From an uncultured Rhodospirillaceae bacterium (GTDB lineage: Bacteria > Pseudomonadota > Alphaproteobacteria > Rhodospirillales > UBA2165): DNA of 64,000 nt. The notes beneath the pieces are model-generated. The model ran no database searches and was not told the origin of the DNA. It worked only from the letters and a program-made list of their open reading frames with translations. The stretch covers positions 9,954-73,953 of the forward strand of contig CAZNLR010000010.1 of assembly GCA_964574215.1 (NCBI GenBank). The letters are read 5' to 3'. A program made the position numbers and the translations under genes. Numbering within the stretch: position 1 is the stretch's first letter; each line of letters begins with the position of its first letter. This document shows positions 27,035 to 36,883 of the stretch, piece by piece.

Positions 27035-27781
27035 ATGATGAATAAATCGGGTAGCAAAAAGAAACAGACATCTCGGGAGACGGCCGAGCTGCAAAATCTC
27101 GACGGCGTAGAACGTGGGCTCGATGGCGTCCTCTTGTTTGCCGATCTCAATGCAGAGGATCGGCAGCATCTCGAAAAAAGATGCCGGTGGCACGAATTTA
27201 AAAGAAATTCCGGGGTTATTCAGAAGGGCGAAGAAAATAGCGACGTTTATATCCTGGTGTCCGGCGCCGCCCATGTTTTGAACTACTCCGACAAGGGGCG
27301 GGTTATCGATTACGCGACATTGGGAGCGGGAGACGTTTTCGGTGAATTGGCGGCCATCGACGGGTTGCCCCGGTCGGCTTCGGTCGTGACGACGAAGCAA
27401 AGCTTGATTGCATCTCTCGCCGGTAGCGATTTTCTGGATTTTGTCACCGAACATCCGGAGGTCAGCCTTGCATTGTTTCGAAAGCTGGCGGGTATCATCC
27501 GCATGGGCGACGATCAAATTTCGGATCTCAGTCTTTTGGGAGCTGAGCAACGGGTCTGCCTTGAACTCCTGCGTATGGCCGAGCCCGACCCGGCCTATTT
27601 TGAAAATCTGATAATATTTCCCATACCCACCCAATCGCACATCGCCAACGGCGTCGGTGTGGCGCGGGAGACCGTGGCCAGAATTTTCAGTAAACTGACC
27701 CAGGACAATATCATCGAGCGCAAAGAAAAAACCCTCTATATCCGCGATCCCGAGAAGCTGGAAAATATTGCCCTCAATTGA
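27035..27781 (+). CDS. CRP-like transcriptional regulator (cNMP-binding domain + HTH)
   Basis: 248 aa with the cNMP-binding segment GDVFGELAAIDGLPRSASVVT. The C-terminal HTH IANGVGVARETVARIFSKLTQDNIIE resembles the CRP RE..R recognition helix. It has no FNR-type Cys cluster. Confidence 0.8.
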   Translation: MMNKSGSKKKQTSRETAELQNLDGVERGLDGVLLFADLNAEDRQHLEKRCRWHEFKRNSGVIQKGEENSDVYILVSGAAHVLNYSDKGRVIDYATLGAGDVFGELAAIDGLPRSASVVTTKQSLIASLAGSDFLDFVTEHPEVSLALFRKLAGIIRMGDDQISDLSLLGAEQRVCLELLRMAEPDPAYFENLIIFPIPTQSHIANGVGVARETVARIFSKLTQDNIIERKEKTLYIRDPEKLENIALN

Positions 27782-27886
27782 AGTCCGGTTTGATTTTCCT
27801 TTTCGGCAGTCTATTCACTGAATCTATCTTTGATGGGCAAAATGTCTTACAACCATGCGTCAACGTAAGTAAACGGCTGAGCCTTA

Positions 27887-28864
27887 ATGAAAAAAATTCT
27901 TGTCACCGGCGGCGCCGGCTATATCGGCAGTCACACTTGCAAATTGCTGGCCGCAAACGGGTACGACCCGGTTGTTTATGACGACCTCTCAACCGGGTAC
28001 GAATGGGCGGTGAAATGGGGAGAGTTGGAAATCGGCGGCCTCCGGGACGAAGCGCGTCTGTTAGAGGTTTGCCGGCTTCATAAACCGGAAGTGGTTTTGC
28101 ACTTTGCCTCTTTTATCAATGTCGGTGAATCGGTCTCCAATCCCATCAAGTATTACTCGAATAATGTCGGCGGCACGATGGCTCTGCTTAGGGTCATGCA
28201 GCAGTGCGGTATGAAGAATTTGGTCTATTCCTCGTCCTGCGCCGTCTATGGATTGCCGGAGTTTCTGCCCCTGACAGAAGGGCATAACCAGGCCCCGCAC
28301 AATCCATACGGCTGGAGCAAATTCATGTGCGAAAGGGTGATCGAAGATTACCAACAAGCCTTTGGGTTGCGTCACGTCGCGCTACGTTATTTCAATGCTG
28401 CCGGCGCCGATCCCGAGGGTGAAATCGGCGAAGCCCATTTGCCGGAAACCCATATCATTCCCCTGGTGCTGGATGTCGCCAAGGGACAGCGAGACGTCTT
28501 CACCGTTAACGGTAATGATTACGATACCGAGGACGGCACCTGCGTCAGGGATTACATTCACGTCAACGATCTGGCGTCGGCTCATCTGTTGGCTTTGGAG
28601 TATTTGTTAAACGGCGGCGACTCGCAGGCTTTCAATTTGGGCAACGGCGCGGGATATTCCATCCAGCAAGTTGTTGAAACGGCCCGGAAAATTACCGGCC
28701 ATACCATTCCTACCCGAGTCGGGGAGCGGCGCGCCGGAGATACACCGATGCTGATAAGCGATTCATCACGCGCCCATGATATATTGGGCTGGTCACCGTC
28801 TCGTGCGGATTTAGCCATCCAAATTGAAGACGCCTGGCGCTGGCACAAGAATTTCGAACATTAA
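27887..28864 (+). CDS. galE: UDP-glucose 4-epimerase
   Basis: 325 aa with KILVTGGAGYIGSH and the catalytic YGWSK. Full-length similarity to GalE from memory. Confidence 0.85.
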   Translation: MKKILVTGGAGYIGSHTCKLLAANGYDPVVYDDLSTGYEWAVKWGELEIGGLRDEARLLEVCRLHKPEVVLHFASFINVGESVSNPIKYYSNNVGGTMALLRVMQQCGMKNLVYSSSCAVYGLPEFLPLTEGHNQAPHNPYGWSKFMCERVIEDYQQAFGLRHVALRYFNAAGADPEGEIGEAHLPETHIIPLVLDVAKGQRDVFTVNGNDYDTEDGTCVRDYIHVNDLASAHLLALEYLLNGGDSQAFNLGNGAGYSIQQVVETARKITGHTIPTRVGERRAGDTPMLISDSSRAHDILGWSPSRADLAIQIEDAWRWHKNFEH

Positions 28865-28865
28865 T

Positions 28866-30659
28866 ATGTGCGGCGTAACGGCAATCTTTTCCTACGGCAA
28901 TGACGCCCCACCGGTGGACAGGCGACAGCTAGCGCGTATCAATGAAGCCATGGCGGTACGGGGTCCGGACGGCGAAGGTGAATGGATATCCGGTGACGGA
29001 AGAATAGGTCTGGGCCACCGCCGTCTGGCGATTATCGATCCCGGTCCCAGCGGCGCCCAGCCCATGACGCTGTGCGAGGATGACGGCCTGGTACAGCTGG
29101 CCATCACCTACAACGGTGAGATCTACAATTTTCGTGAGATTCGCCGGGAATTGATTAATCAGGGCCGCCGGTTGGTGACTCAATCGGATACCGAAGTCTT
29201 GCTTCATCTTTATGACCGCGACGGTCCGGATATGGTCCGGCGGTTGCGCGGCATGTTCGCCTTCGTAATTTGGGACGCCGAAAAAAAGGGCCTTTTTATG
29301 GCCCGTGATCCCTACGGCATTAAGCCGCTTTATTATGCCGATGACGGAAAGACGTTTTTTGCGGCGTCTCAGGTGAAGGCGCTTTCCGCCGGTGAGGTGG
29401 AAAAAGGGGACGCCAATCCGGCTGGCCATGTAGGATTTTTCCTGCTGGGATACGTGCCCGAACCCCATACATTGTTCGCCGCCATAAAGGCTTTGCCGGC
29501 CGGGTCGACCTTATGGCAGGGAAGGGATGGCAGCTTCAAACTGGACCGCTACTTCGATATACCGGACGTGCTGTCCAGGAACGATTTGCCTATGGACGGG
29601 CAGGATTTAAAAGAAATGGTCGCCGATTCCTTGGCTGAAAGCATCCGGCATCATCTCGTGTCCGACGTGCCGGTGGGGATGTTTCTTTCAGCCGGGCTGG
29701 ATTCCGCGACGGTGGCGGCCCTGACCTCCCAATGTTCCGAAACTCCTCTGGACAGCATGACCCTGCGGTTTGATGAATTTGCCGGAGGCGAAAATGACGA
29801 GGTGCCGTTAGCGGAGACTATCGCCAAACAGTACGGTACACGTCACACAACCCGGACCGTGAAAGGGGCGGATTTTCACAATGATCTGGACAATCTGATG
29901 GCAGCCATGGATCAGCCTTCCGTAGACGGCGTGAACACGTATTTCGTCGCCAAGGAAGCGGCCTCAATGGGGCTAAAGGTCGCTTTGTCGGGATTGGGCG
30001 GCGATGAGTTGTTCGGCGGCTATAATACGTTTCGCCAGGTACCGGCATTGGTGGGTACGCTTGGATGGATTCCCGGGATCAGCCAGGTTGGCGCCGTCTT
30101 AAGAAAATTCAGCGCGCCGCTTGTGTCGCAATTTACATCGCCAAAATATGCGGCAATGCTGGAATATTCCGGAAGTTACGCCAGCGCCTACTTTCTGCGG
30201 CGGGGGCTCTTTATGCCTTGGGAACTATTTAAGATCCTCGATCCCGATTTGGTGCGGTCCGGATGGAAAAATCTAAATTTGTTTACGAACTTGGAAACCA
30301 CGGTGCACGGAATCGATTCCGGTCACCGCAAAGTGGCGGCGCTTGAGAACGTTTGGTATATGCGCAATCAACTTTTGCGCGACGCCGATTGGGCGGGAAT
30401 GGCGCATTCACTGGAAATTCGCACACCCTTGGTCGATGCGGAACTGCTGCACCAATTGGGCGGCAGGGGCGCCACCAAGCAAATTATGGCGGCGGCTCCG
30501 AAAACGGCGCTTCCCGAAGCTGTACTCAACCGGCCGAAAACCGGCTTTTATGTTCCGGTGCAGGAGTGGCTGCTTGGCAACCAAGGGAATGGAGTTCCAG
30601 ACGAACGGGGGCTCCGCGGTTGGGCGAAAATCGTTTACGAAAATGCGCTAAAAGCGTAA
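28866..30659 (+). CDS. asnB: Asparagine synthase (glutamine-hydrolysing) family amidotransferase
   Basis: ATG 28866 gives the N-terminus MCGV, i.e. the Cys2 nucleophile of class II amidotransferases. The track start 28824 would bury it and overlap galE. It has the SGGLDS-type PP-loop variant SAGLDSA. Confidence 0.8.
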   Translation: MCGVTAIFSYGNDAPPVDRRQLARINEAMAVRGPDGEGEWISGDGRIGLGHRRLAIIDPGPSGAQPMTLCEDDGLVQLAITYNGEIYNFREIRRELINQGRRLVTQSDTEVLLHLYDRDGPDMVRRLRGMFAFVIWDAEKKGLFMARDPYGIKPLYYADDGKTFFAASQVKALSAGEVEKGDANPAGHVGFFLLGYVPEPHTLFAAIKALPAGSTLWQGRDGSFKLDRYFDIPDVLSRNDLPMDGQDLKEMVADSLAESIRHHLVSDVPVGMFLSAGLDSATVAALTSQCSETPLDSMTLRFDEFAGGENDEVPLAETIAKQYGTRHTTRTVKGADFHNDLDNLMAAMDQPSVDGVNTYFVAKEAASMGLKVALSGLGGDELFGGYNTFRQVPALVGTLGWIPGISQVGAVLRKFSAPLVSQFTSPKYAAMLEYSGSYASAYFLRRGLFMPWELFKILDPDLVRSGWKNLNLFTNLETTVHGIDSGHRKVAALENVWYMRNQLLRDADWAGMAHSLEIRTPLVDAELLHQLGGRGATKQIMAAAPKTALPEAVLNRPKTGFYVPVQEWLLGNQGNGVPDERGLRGWAKIVYENALKA

Positions 30660-30703
30660 GCAGGCAGAGCCTGATTAATTTTGCGGTAGGGGACGGATAA
30701 TTC

Positions 30704-31768
30704 ATGTCAGATAAAATTGCTTTGATAACCGGCGTAACGGGTCAGGACGGCGCTTATTTGGCGGAGTTTCTGCTGAACAAGGGGTATACGGTGCACGGAA
30801 TCAAACGCAGGTCGTCTTCCTTTAACACCGGCCGGGTCGATCATCTATACAGCGATCCCCACTTGGATGACGTCCGGTTTTTCATGCATTTCGGTGATAT
30901 GACCGACGCTACCAATCTGATCAGGCTGGTGCAATCCACGCAGCCCACCGAAATTTATAATCTTGCCGCCCAAAGTCACGTGCAGGTTAGTTTCGAGACG
31001 GCGGAATATACTGCCAATGCGGACGGGCTGGGCGCTCTACGTTTGTTGGAAGCCATGCGCATCCTGGGTTTGGAGAAAACGACCCGGTTTTATCAGGCCT
31101 CGACGTCGGAACTCTATGGCGATGCGGTTGAATCACCACAATCCGAAGCCACGCCTTTCCGGCCCCGCAGTCCCTATGCGGCGGCGAAAATCTATGCCTA
31201 TTGGATCACGGTCAATTACCGCCAGGCCTATGACATGCATGCGTCAAACGGCATTTTGTTTAACCATGAAAGTCCTCTCCGTGGGGAAACCTTTGTTACC
31301 AGGAAAATCACCCGCGCCATTGCGGCCATGGAATTGGGATTGGAGAACAAGCTCTTCCTGGGAAACCTAAACGCCGAGAGAGATTGGGGGGATGCGCGGG
31401 ACTATGTGGAAGGCATGTGGTTGATGCTGCAGCAGGATCAACCCGACGACTATGTTCTGGCAACCGGCGAGCAGCACTCGGTCCGGGAATTTGTGGAGCT
31501 GGTCTTCGCCGAATTCGGCCGGACCATCGAATGGCGGGGAGAGGGTATCGAGGAAAAAGGCTACGACCGGTCAAGTGGCGACGTTGTGGTCGAAGTGGAC
31601 CCGCGCTATTTCCGCCCGACCGAAGTCGATTCACTGCTCGGCGATCCTTCCAAGGCGGAACGGGAACTGGGCTGGAAACACCAAACGCCGTTCAAAAAAT
31701 TGGTAACGGACATGGTTCAGTATGATTTTGAATTGCTGAAAAACGGCGGCGGTTACGAGAAATCCTAG
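30704..31768 (+). CDS. gmd: GDP-mannose 4,6-dehydratase
   Basis: 354 aa with [37 protein letters not shown] and YAAAK. Classic Gmd sequence. Confidence 0.9.
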   Translation: MSDKIALITGVTGQDGAYLAEFLLNKGYTVHGIKRRSSSFNTGRVDHLYSDPHLDDVRFFMHFGDMTDATNLIRLVQSTQPTEIYNLAAQSHVQVSFETAEYTANADGLGALRLLEAMRILGLEKTTRFYQASTSELYGDAVESPQSEATPFRPRSPYAAAKIYAYWITVNYRQAYDMHASNGILFNHESPLRGETFVTRKITRAIAAMELGLENKLFLGNLNAERDWGDARDYVEGMWLMLQQDQPDDYVLATGEQHSVREFVELVFAEFGRTIEWRGEGIEEKGYDRSSGDVVVEVDPRYFRPTEVDSLLGDPSKAERELGWKHQTPFKKLVTDMVQYDFELLKNGGGYEKS

Positions 31769-31779
31769 GGACTACTTGA

Positions 31780-32487
31780 TCAAGTCTGGTCCGCCAGCAT
31801 CTGTAGCCGTGTGTGATCTTTTATCACCAGTGATTTGTGTTTTCGCTCAACCACACCTTCGCGGGCCAGATTGCCGATGGCGTCGGCGACCACTCCTTTT
31901 TCCGCACCTACCCAACTGGCAATTTCGGCGTGGGCCGGAATATTGGCGATGATCCAGGACCCGTCGCCAATGGCATTGGGTTCCGATATGCGCAAAAGTT
32001 CGAAGTAAACCCGCTGGCGGGGCGTCATGGTGCTGAGATTGGTCACTCGGGTATTGAGCGTCCGGATAAGGCCGGCAAATCGTTTCAGCAGGATCAACGA
32101 GATTTCCGGACACATGATCAAATAGTGTCTGAAATCCTTCCCTTCCATGGATGCCAGGAGTGTCGGTTCCAGGGCCGTTACCCGCGCCGACCGTTTTTTG
32201 GAATCGATCGCCGATAATTCACCGAAGGCGTCGCCGGTTGTCAACTCGGCCAGCGCCACTTCCCGGTTTTCGTGCAGGAAATCCATGGCGCGGAGGCGTC
32301 CATGAACAACGAAATAGACGCAAGTCGTCGTATCAGCCTGGCCGACGACGATATCGCCGTCATCGTATTCCAGCCACTCAACTTGGTCTTCCATGCGCGA
32401 AAGAAGGGTGGGAGACGCCTCGGTCAGAAGTCTAATGCCGGACAGATTCCGAGGAACTTGGCTTAGGTCAGTAATCTCGTCCGTCAT
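31780..32487 (-). CDS. CRP-like transcriptional regulator, paralog of 27035-27781
   Basis: 235 aa with GDAFGELSAIDSKKRSARVTA and the C-terminal HTH EIASWVGAEKGVVADAIGNLAREGVVE. Confidence 0.8.
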   Translation of the reverse strand: MTDEITDLSQVPRNLSGIRLLTEASPTLLSRMEDQVEWLEYDDGDIVVGQADTTTCVYFVVHGRLRAMDFLHENREVALAELTTGDAFGELSAIDSKKRSARVTALEPTLLASMEGKDFRHYLIMCPEISLILLKRFAGLIRTLNTRVTNLSTMTPRQRVYFELLRISEPNAIGDGSWIIANIPAHAEIASWVGAEKGVVADAIGNLAREGVVERKHKSLVIKDHTRLQMLADQT

Positions 32488-32582
32488 TTGAACTTTTCTC
32501 TACACTTGCCCGCTGGATTTCCGGTGAGAGATATTTGGTTACGATTACCGGAAATGCAACAATTGGTACCGTCACAAAGCGG

Positions 32583-33329
32583 TTATCTAAGAATATTCGA
32601 GCCCTTAGGCGGACCCTTTCTATTAAAGCTATAATAAACTGAAAGATTATGCTGAACCGATTCTTCATCCAAATCTATCCGGGAGAGGGCTTTGGCTTCA
32701 TCGTAATTGCCCCTTATCCCCTTGAACAGGGCCAGATTCTGTCTGATTTGGACGTTGTTCCGGTCGATCCGTGCGGCCTTCTCGGCAATACGAATGGCTT
32801 CCGTGATATCGCCGGCGGAGGCGGATGAAATGGACAAATTGTTCAGTACTTTCGGATTGTCGGGCGACAGGGACAGGGCCATGTCGTAAGCATTGCGGGC
32901 ATTGCGATAGGATTTCATTAAGTCATATGCAATGCCGAGTGATGAATAAATAATCCAATTGTCGGGATCCAGTTCGATCGCCTTGGCCAGGGGCTTGATG
33001 GCCTTTTTAGCTTTTCCGGCAGCCAATTGCGCCTTGCCGAATTCCAGCCACAAATTCGCATTTTCGGGGAAAGAATCGATATTTTTCTGCAAAAGGGCAA
33101 CCGATTCGGCAGCCAGACCAATGTAACGCATGTTTCGCGCTAATCCCAAAAGCGCTTTATCGTCATTCGGCTGCCGGTCCCAATACTTCCGATAATGGCT
33201 GACCGCCGCTAGATAGTTCTTCTGATTTTCGGCTTCGACAGCCGCCAGCAACAGCGAAGATTCAACCACGTCATTGTCGACATTGTTTGTCAGGCAACCG
33301 GTCAAAGTGATCGCCATGCAACATCTCAA
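32583..33329 (-). CDS. TPR-repeat protein, probable lipoprotein
   Basis: 248 aa with a lipobox-like LTGC near the N-terminus, though the signal peptide is unusually short. Multiple TPR-like A..Y..AL repeats follow. The start is uncertain (33329 or 33317). Confidence 0.6.
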   Translation of the reverse strand: MRCCMAITLTGCLTNNVDNDVVESSLLLAAVEAENQKNYLAAVSHYRKYWDRQPNDDKALLGLARNMRYIGLAAESVALLQKNIDSFPENANLWLEFGKAQLAAGKAKKAIKPLAKAIELDPDNWIIYSSLGIAYDLMKSYRNARNAYDMALSLSPDNPKVLNNLSISSASAGDITEAIRIAEKAARIDRNNVQIRQNLALFKGIRGNYDEAKALSRIDLDEESVQHNLSVYYSFNRKGPPKGSNILR

Positions 33330-33465
33330 TCGCCTGGGCGCCGTTTTCCGCTGTCTGTAAATTTTCGATGCCGATGGAATTGAGGACTCGCGTCACGAAC
33401 CTCTGGGCAAAGGGTTCGTCATCGATCACCATTACCTTTACCGTTTGTAGGGACGCATTACTCAT
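33271..33465 (-). pseudogene. Truncated response-regulator receiver domain (N-terminal ~50 residues only)
   Basis: The 64-aa ORF VKVMVIDDEPFAQRFVTRVLNSIGIENLQTAENGAQAIEML matches beta1-alpha2 of a receiver. It ends before the phospho-acceptor Asp and overlaps the start of the TPR gene. Confidence 0.5.
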
Positions 33466-33667
33466 TGTCAGACCACTCGATAGTTAAGCGGTTCAGAAAT
33501 AACACATTGTCGCGGCAAAGGGTACCGGCCTGTTTTTAATCAGCGCCCCGGTAATGCCTCAATTGGGCGATACTGAGAACGGATCGCAAAGATAACTTTA
33601 CACTTCCGTTTCCGTGGGTACGCGCTTATAAATTTAGACAAATAAATTAAATACAGAGGAGGACACC

Positions 33668-34936
33668 ATGACAGATAAGCCAAAATCACCGAAATTAGGA
33701 AAGACCAGCGGCCCGAAAATCAGCCGCCGTCAATTCACGGCTGGGGCAGCAGCGGTTGGTGCCGCCGCTTCCGTCGGCCCCTTTTACATCAAGAATGCCC
33801 GCGCCGCCGCGCCTTTGAATGTCGGCGTTCTGTTACCCCGTTCCGGCGGTCAGGCTCAGATCGGCATCGACTGCCAACGGGGCGCCGATGCCGCGCTGCC
33901 GATCTTAAAGGAACTGGGCTATCCCGACTTGAAATTTATGCTGGGAGATTTTGAAACCAAGGTCGACGTCGCCCGCACCCAAACGGCCAAATTGATCGAC
34001 GAAGGCGCAAATCTGATCGTCGGTTGTTTTGATTCGGGCGCCACCATGGCGGCAGCGCAGGTTTGCGAACAAAGAAATATTCCGTTGGTCGTAAACATCG
34101 CCGCCGTGCCGAAGCTGACCGGCATCGGCCTCAAATGGGTATTCCGTAATTTCCCCCATGGCCCGATGATCGTAAAAGACGCCTTTCTCAATCAGAAGGC
34201 TCTCTTCAAAATGACCGGAGCGACGCCGAAGACGGTTACACTCATGCACGTCAACGATACCTTCGGATCCAGCTTGGCGGGCGCCTTGTTTAAGTTGGCG
34301 CCGAAATTCAAGATGCCTTACAAGATCGTCGAAAAAATTTCCTACGATCCGTACGGCAAAGATCTGTCGGCGGAAGTCAGAAAAGCCAAAGGCGCAAAGG
34401 CCGACGCCCTTTGGGTGGTCAGTCGTTTGAACGACGCCATTCTGATGACCAAGGAGATGGTTAAACAGCGCTTCGAGCCCATGGGCATTATGAGCACCGG
34501 TCCCGGTTGGTATGACCAGGAGTATATGAAAGCCACCGGAAAATTCGGCGACGATGTCGTCAGTCTGGTGCCCTGGCACGATTCCAATAAACCGCTGTCC
34601 AAAACACTGGAAGCCTACTTCGCTAAACATCATCCGGACCGGCAGGTGAACCCCAATCATACCTATACGTTTGAGGGTATTATGATTGCGGCGGACGCGT
34701 ATCGGCGGGCGGGGTCGACCAATCCGCACGCTCTACAAGCGGCGCTGAAAACCACTAACATTACAAATAATGTAACCACGGCTGAACGTATCGCTTTCGA
34801 TAAAAACGGTCAGAATCCACATGTGAAGAACTCAGCGGTGCAAAACCGGGGTGGCAAGAATTTGGTAATTCTGCCCAAAAGCGCGGCGGTGGCCAAACCG
34901 ATTTGGCCGATGCGTCCGTGGAGGAAACGGGGCTAA
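33668..34936 (+). CDS. LIV-type (family 4) ABC transporter substrate-binding protein with Tat signal
   Basis: 422 aa with a GAGGAGG SD. The twin-arginine motif is SRRQFTAGAAAVGAAASV...ARA. The body is LivK/amide-urea-type. Confidence 0.8.
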   Translation: MTDKPKSPKLGKTSGPKISRRQFTAGAAAVGAAASVGPFYIKNARAAAPLNVGVLLPRSGGQAQIGIDCQRGADAALPILKELGYPDLKFMLGDFETKVDVARTQTAKLIDEGANLIVGCFDSGATMAAAQVCEQRNIPLVVNIAAVPKLTGIGLKWVFRNFPHGPMIVKDAFLNQKALFKMTGATPKTVTLMHVNDTFGSSLAGALFKLAPKFKMPYKIVEKISYDPYGKDLSAEVRKAKGAKADALWVVSRLNDAILMTKEMVKQRFEPMGIMSTGPGWYDQEYMKATGKFGDDVVSLVPWHDSNKPLSKTLEAYFAKHHPDRQVNPNHTYTFEGIMIAADAYRRAGSTNPHALQAALKTTNITNNVTTAERIAFDKNGQNPHVKNSAVQNRGGKNLVILPKSAAVAKPIWPMRPWRKRG

Positions 34937-34976
34937 CGCCTGTTTCTTTGAGTAAAATAGAGTAAGGGGAGTAACC

Positions 34977-35849
34977 GTGGACTTTTGGACGCTGGCCAAC
35001 GCGCTGGCAACCGGCCTTTTGACAGGGCTCGTCTACGGGCTCTCCGCGCTCGGCCTTTCCGTTATTTTTGGCGTTATCCGCATCGTTAATTTCGCTCATG
35101 GCGAGATTATGGTGATCGGCATGTTTTTCGCCCTCGTTTTGTTTCGGGGCTTCGGCATCGATCCGCTGCTGAGCGTGCCCCTGGCTGCGGCAGTCCTGTT
35201 TGTTTTCGGTTACTTTCTGCAAAGCACGGTGATCAGCCGGGTCGCCCATCTGCCGGATCATATGCAGTTTCTTTTGTTGGCGGCCATCGCCGTGATGATC
35301 GTCAATGGCTCTTTGCTTATCTTCGGCCCTGATCCCCAATCGATTAATATTTCCTATTCTTTCGATTCTTTCGAATTCGGGGAGTTGTTGATCGATAAAA
35401 CACGGGCTTATGCCGCCATTGCGGCGATTGTCGTGGGGGTTATATTGCTGGCCTTTTTCAAATATTCCCGTACCGGTAAGGCCATCCGCGCCTGCGCCGA
35501 TAATTATCTGGGCGCACAGGTGGTCGGCCTCCGGGTCAATCATCTCTATGCGCTGACCTTCGGTATCGGCTCGGCCTGTCTGGGCGCCGCCGGTTGCATC
35601 CTGTTGCTGCTGGTGGAAGTGCATCCTTATCTGGCGCCTGGCTATACGTTGCTGGCCTTCGTCATCGTCATCATCGGCGGTCTCGGCAGCATGACCGGCG
35701 CCTTGGTGGGCGGTGTATTGATCGGTGTGTCCGAAGCGTTGGCCGCGATCGTTCTGCAACCTTCCATGAAATCGGCCTTTAGTTTCGGCTTGCTGATCCT
35801 GGTGCTGTTGCTCAGACCGCAGGGATTGCTGGGGAAATCGGTCAAATGA
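34977..35849 (+). CDS. Branched-chain-amino-acid-type ABC permease (LivH-like)
   Basis: 290 aa, polytopic, with a GTG start after AAGGGGAG. It has the typical LivH pattern (NFAHGE). Confidence 0.85.
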   Translation: MDFWTLANALATGLLTGLVYGLSALGLSVIFGVIRIVNFAHGEIMVIGMFFALVLFRGFGIDPLLSVPLAAAVLFVFGYFLQSTVISRVAHLPDHMQFLLLAAIAVMIVNGSLLIFGPDPQSINISYSFDSFEFGELLIDKTRAYAAIAAIVVGVILLAFFKYSRTGKAIRACADNYLGAQVVGLRVNHLYALTFGIGSACLGAAGCILLLLVEVHPYLAPGYTLLAFVIVIIGGLGSMTGALVGGVLIGVSEALAAIVLQPSMKSAFSFGLLILVLLLRPQGLLGKSVK

Positions 35850-36883
35850 TGGGATTTTTGGGGGCCGATCTTTCGGGCAGAGGCCGTACCGCGCTGGCGC
35901 TTGTCCTGTTGATACTTGTATCGTTACCTTATTGGTCGAGCTCCTACATACTATCCGTGGCGACTATTACTCTTTATTTGGCCATTGTCGGGCAATCCTG
36001 GAATTTGATGCTGGGATTCGCCGGTCTCCTTTCCATCGGCCATGCCTTGTTCGTCGGTGTCAGTGCCTATACGGCCGCCTATCTGTTTTCCGCTTTCGGC
36101 TTGCCGCCGGTGGTGGGCATTGTGCCAGCGGTGGTGTTGGCCATTCTCGTCGGCATGTTCATCGGTTATCTCGGCTTCCGGTTTTCCATCGGTGGCGTTT
36201 ATTTTGCGCTGTTGACCATCGCCTTCGCCGAGTTGGTGCGAATCTCGGTAGACCATATGGGTTTCATCGGCGGCACCGAAGGATTGTTCCTGCAGGTGAG
36301 CGAAAGTGACCGGCACGGGTTTGATTTGATCAATCTCCGCGGCCATCCCTTCATGTTTTACTACCTCGCCATGGCGCTGACGTTTATCACACTGGCTGGC
36401 TGCCGCTATCTGCTTAAAAGCAAGCTCGGCTATTACTGGCAGGCCATCCGGGACGATCAGGATGCGGCCCAAGCCCTGGGTATCAATGTCTTCAAGTATA
36501 AAATGTACGCGGTGGTCTATTCATCGGGCATTGCCGGTGTCGCAGGCGTGTTTTACGCCTTTTATCAGAACAGCTTGTTTCCCGAATCGGTTTTCGGCAT
36601 CGAGCGTTCCATCGAAATTACCCTGGGGCCCATCGTCGGCGGTGTCGGCAGTCTTTTCGGTCCGGTGTTGGGCGCCTTTATCCTGACGCCATTGGGCGAA
36701 GGTTTGACCGAATTGATCGATTTCCTGAAAGACACGGAGATCATCGACCCCAAGCTGAAATTGAACGGTTTGAAATTGCTGATTTGGGGACTGGTGGTTT
36801 CCATGATCGTTCTGTTCAAACCCACCGGGATTTGGCCCTGGCTGAACGACAAGTTGGGATTTAGCCGCAAGGAGGGCGAGTAG
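35846..36883 (+). CDS. Branched-chain-amino-acid-type ABC permease (LivM-like)
   Basis: 345 aa, polytopic, with a 4-nt overlap with the previous gene. It carries the GQ.SLGHA-type motif GLLSIGHALF. Confidence 0.85.
   Translation: MMGFLGADLSGRGRTALALVLLILVSLPYWSSSYILSVATITLYLAIVGQSWNLMLGFAGLLSIGHALFVGVSAYTAAYLFSAFGLPPVVGIVPAVVLAILVGMFIGYLGFRFSIGGVYFALLTIAFAELVRISVDHMGFIGGTEGLFLQVSESDRHGFDLINLRGHPFMFYYLAMALTFITLAGCRYLLKSKLGYYWQAIRDDQDAAQALGINVFKYKMYAVVYSSGIAGVAGVFYAFYQNSLFPESVFGIERSIEITLGPIVGGVGSLFGPVLGAFILTPLGEGLTELIDFLKDTEIIDPKLKLNGLKLLIWGLVVSMIVLFKPTGIWPWLNDKLGFSRKEGE

Noticed and set aside
28824-28865. Upstream start codons offered by the ORF track for asnB (28824), URO-D paralog 2 (60449) and the MetH-activation-like gene (61689)
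   Set aside because: Each extension lies inside the preceding gene in another frame and lacks an SD. The downstream ATGs (28866, 60587, 61845) follow SD sequences. For asnB, the downstream ATG also exposes the obligatory Cys2 nucleophile.
31774-31785. 12-bp perfect palindrome ACTTGATCAAGT in the 11-nt gap between convergent gmd and the CRP-like gene
   Set aside because: It overlaps a stop codon and is too short and AT-neutral to act as a terminator. It could be a chance palindrome. I have no supporting second copy.
34761-35759. 332-aa minus-strand ORF across the LivH-like permease gene
   Set aside because: It is antisense to a clear polytopic permease. Its sequence is dominated by Q/D/R/G/H repeats with no fold-like pattern.
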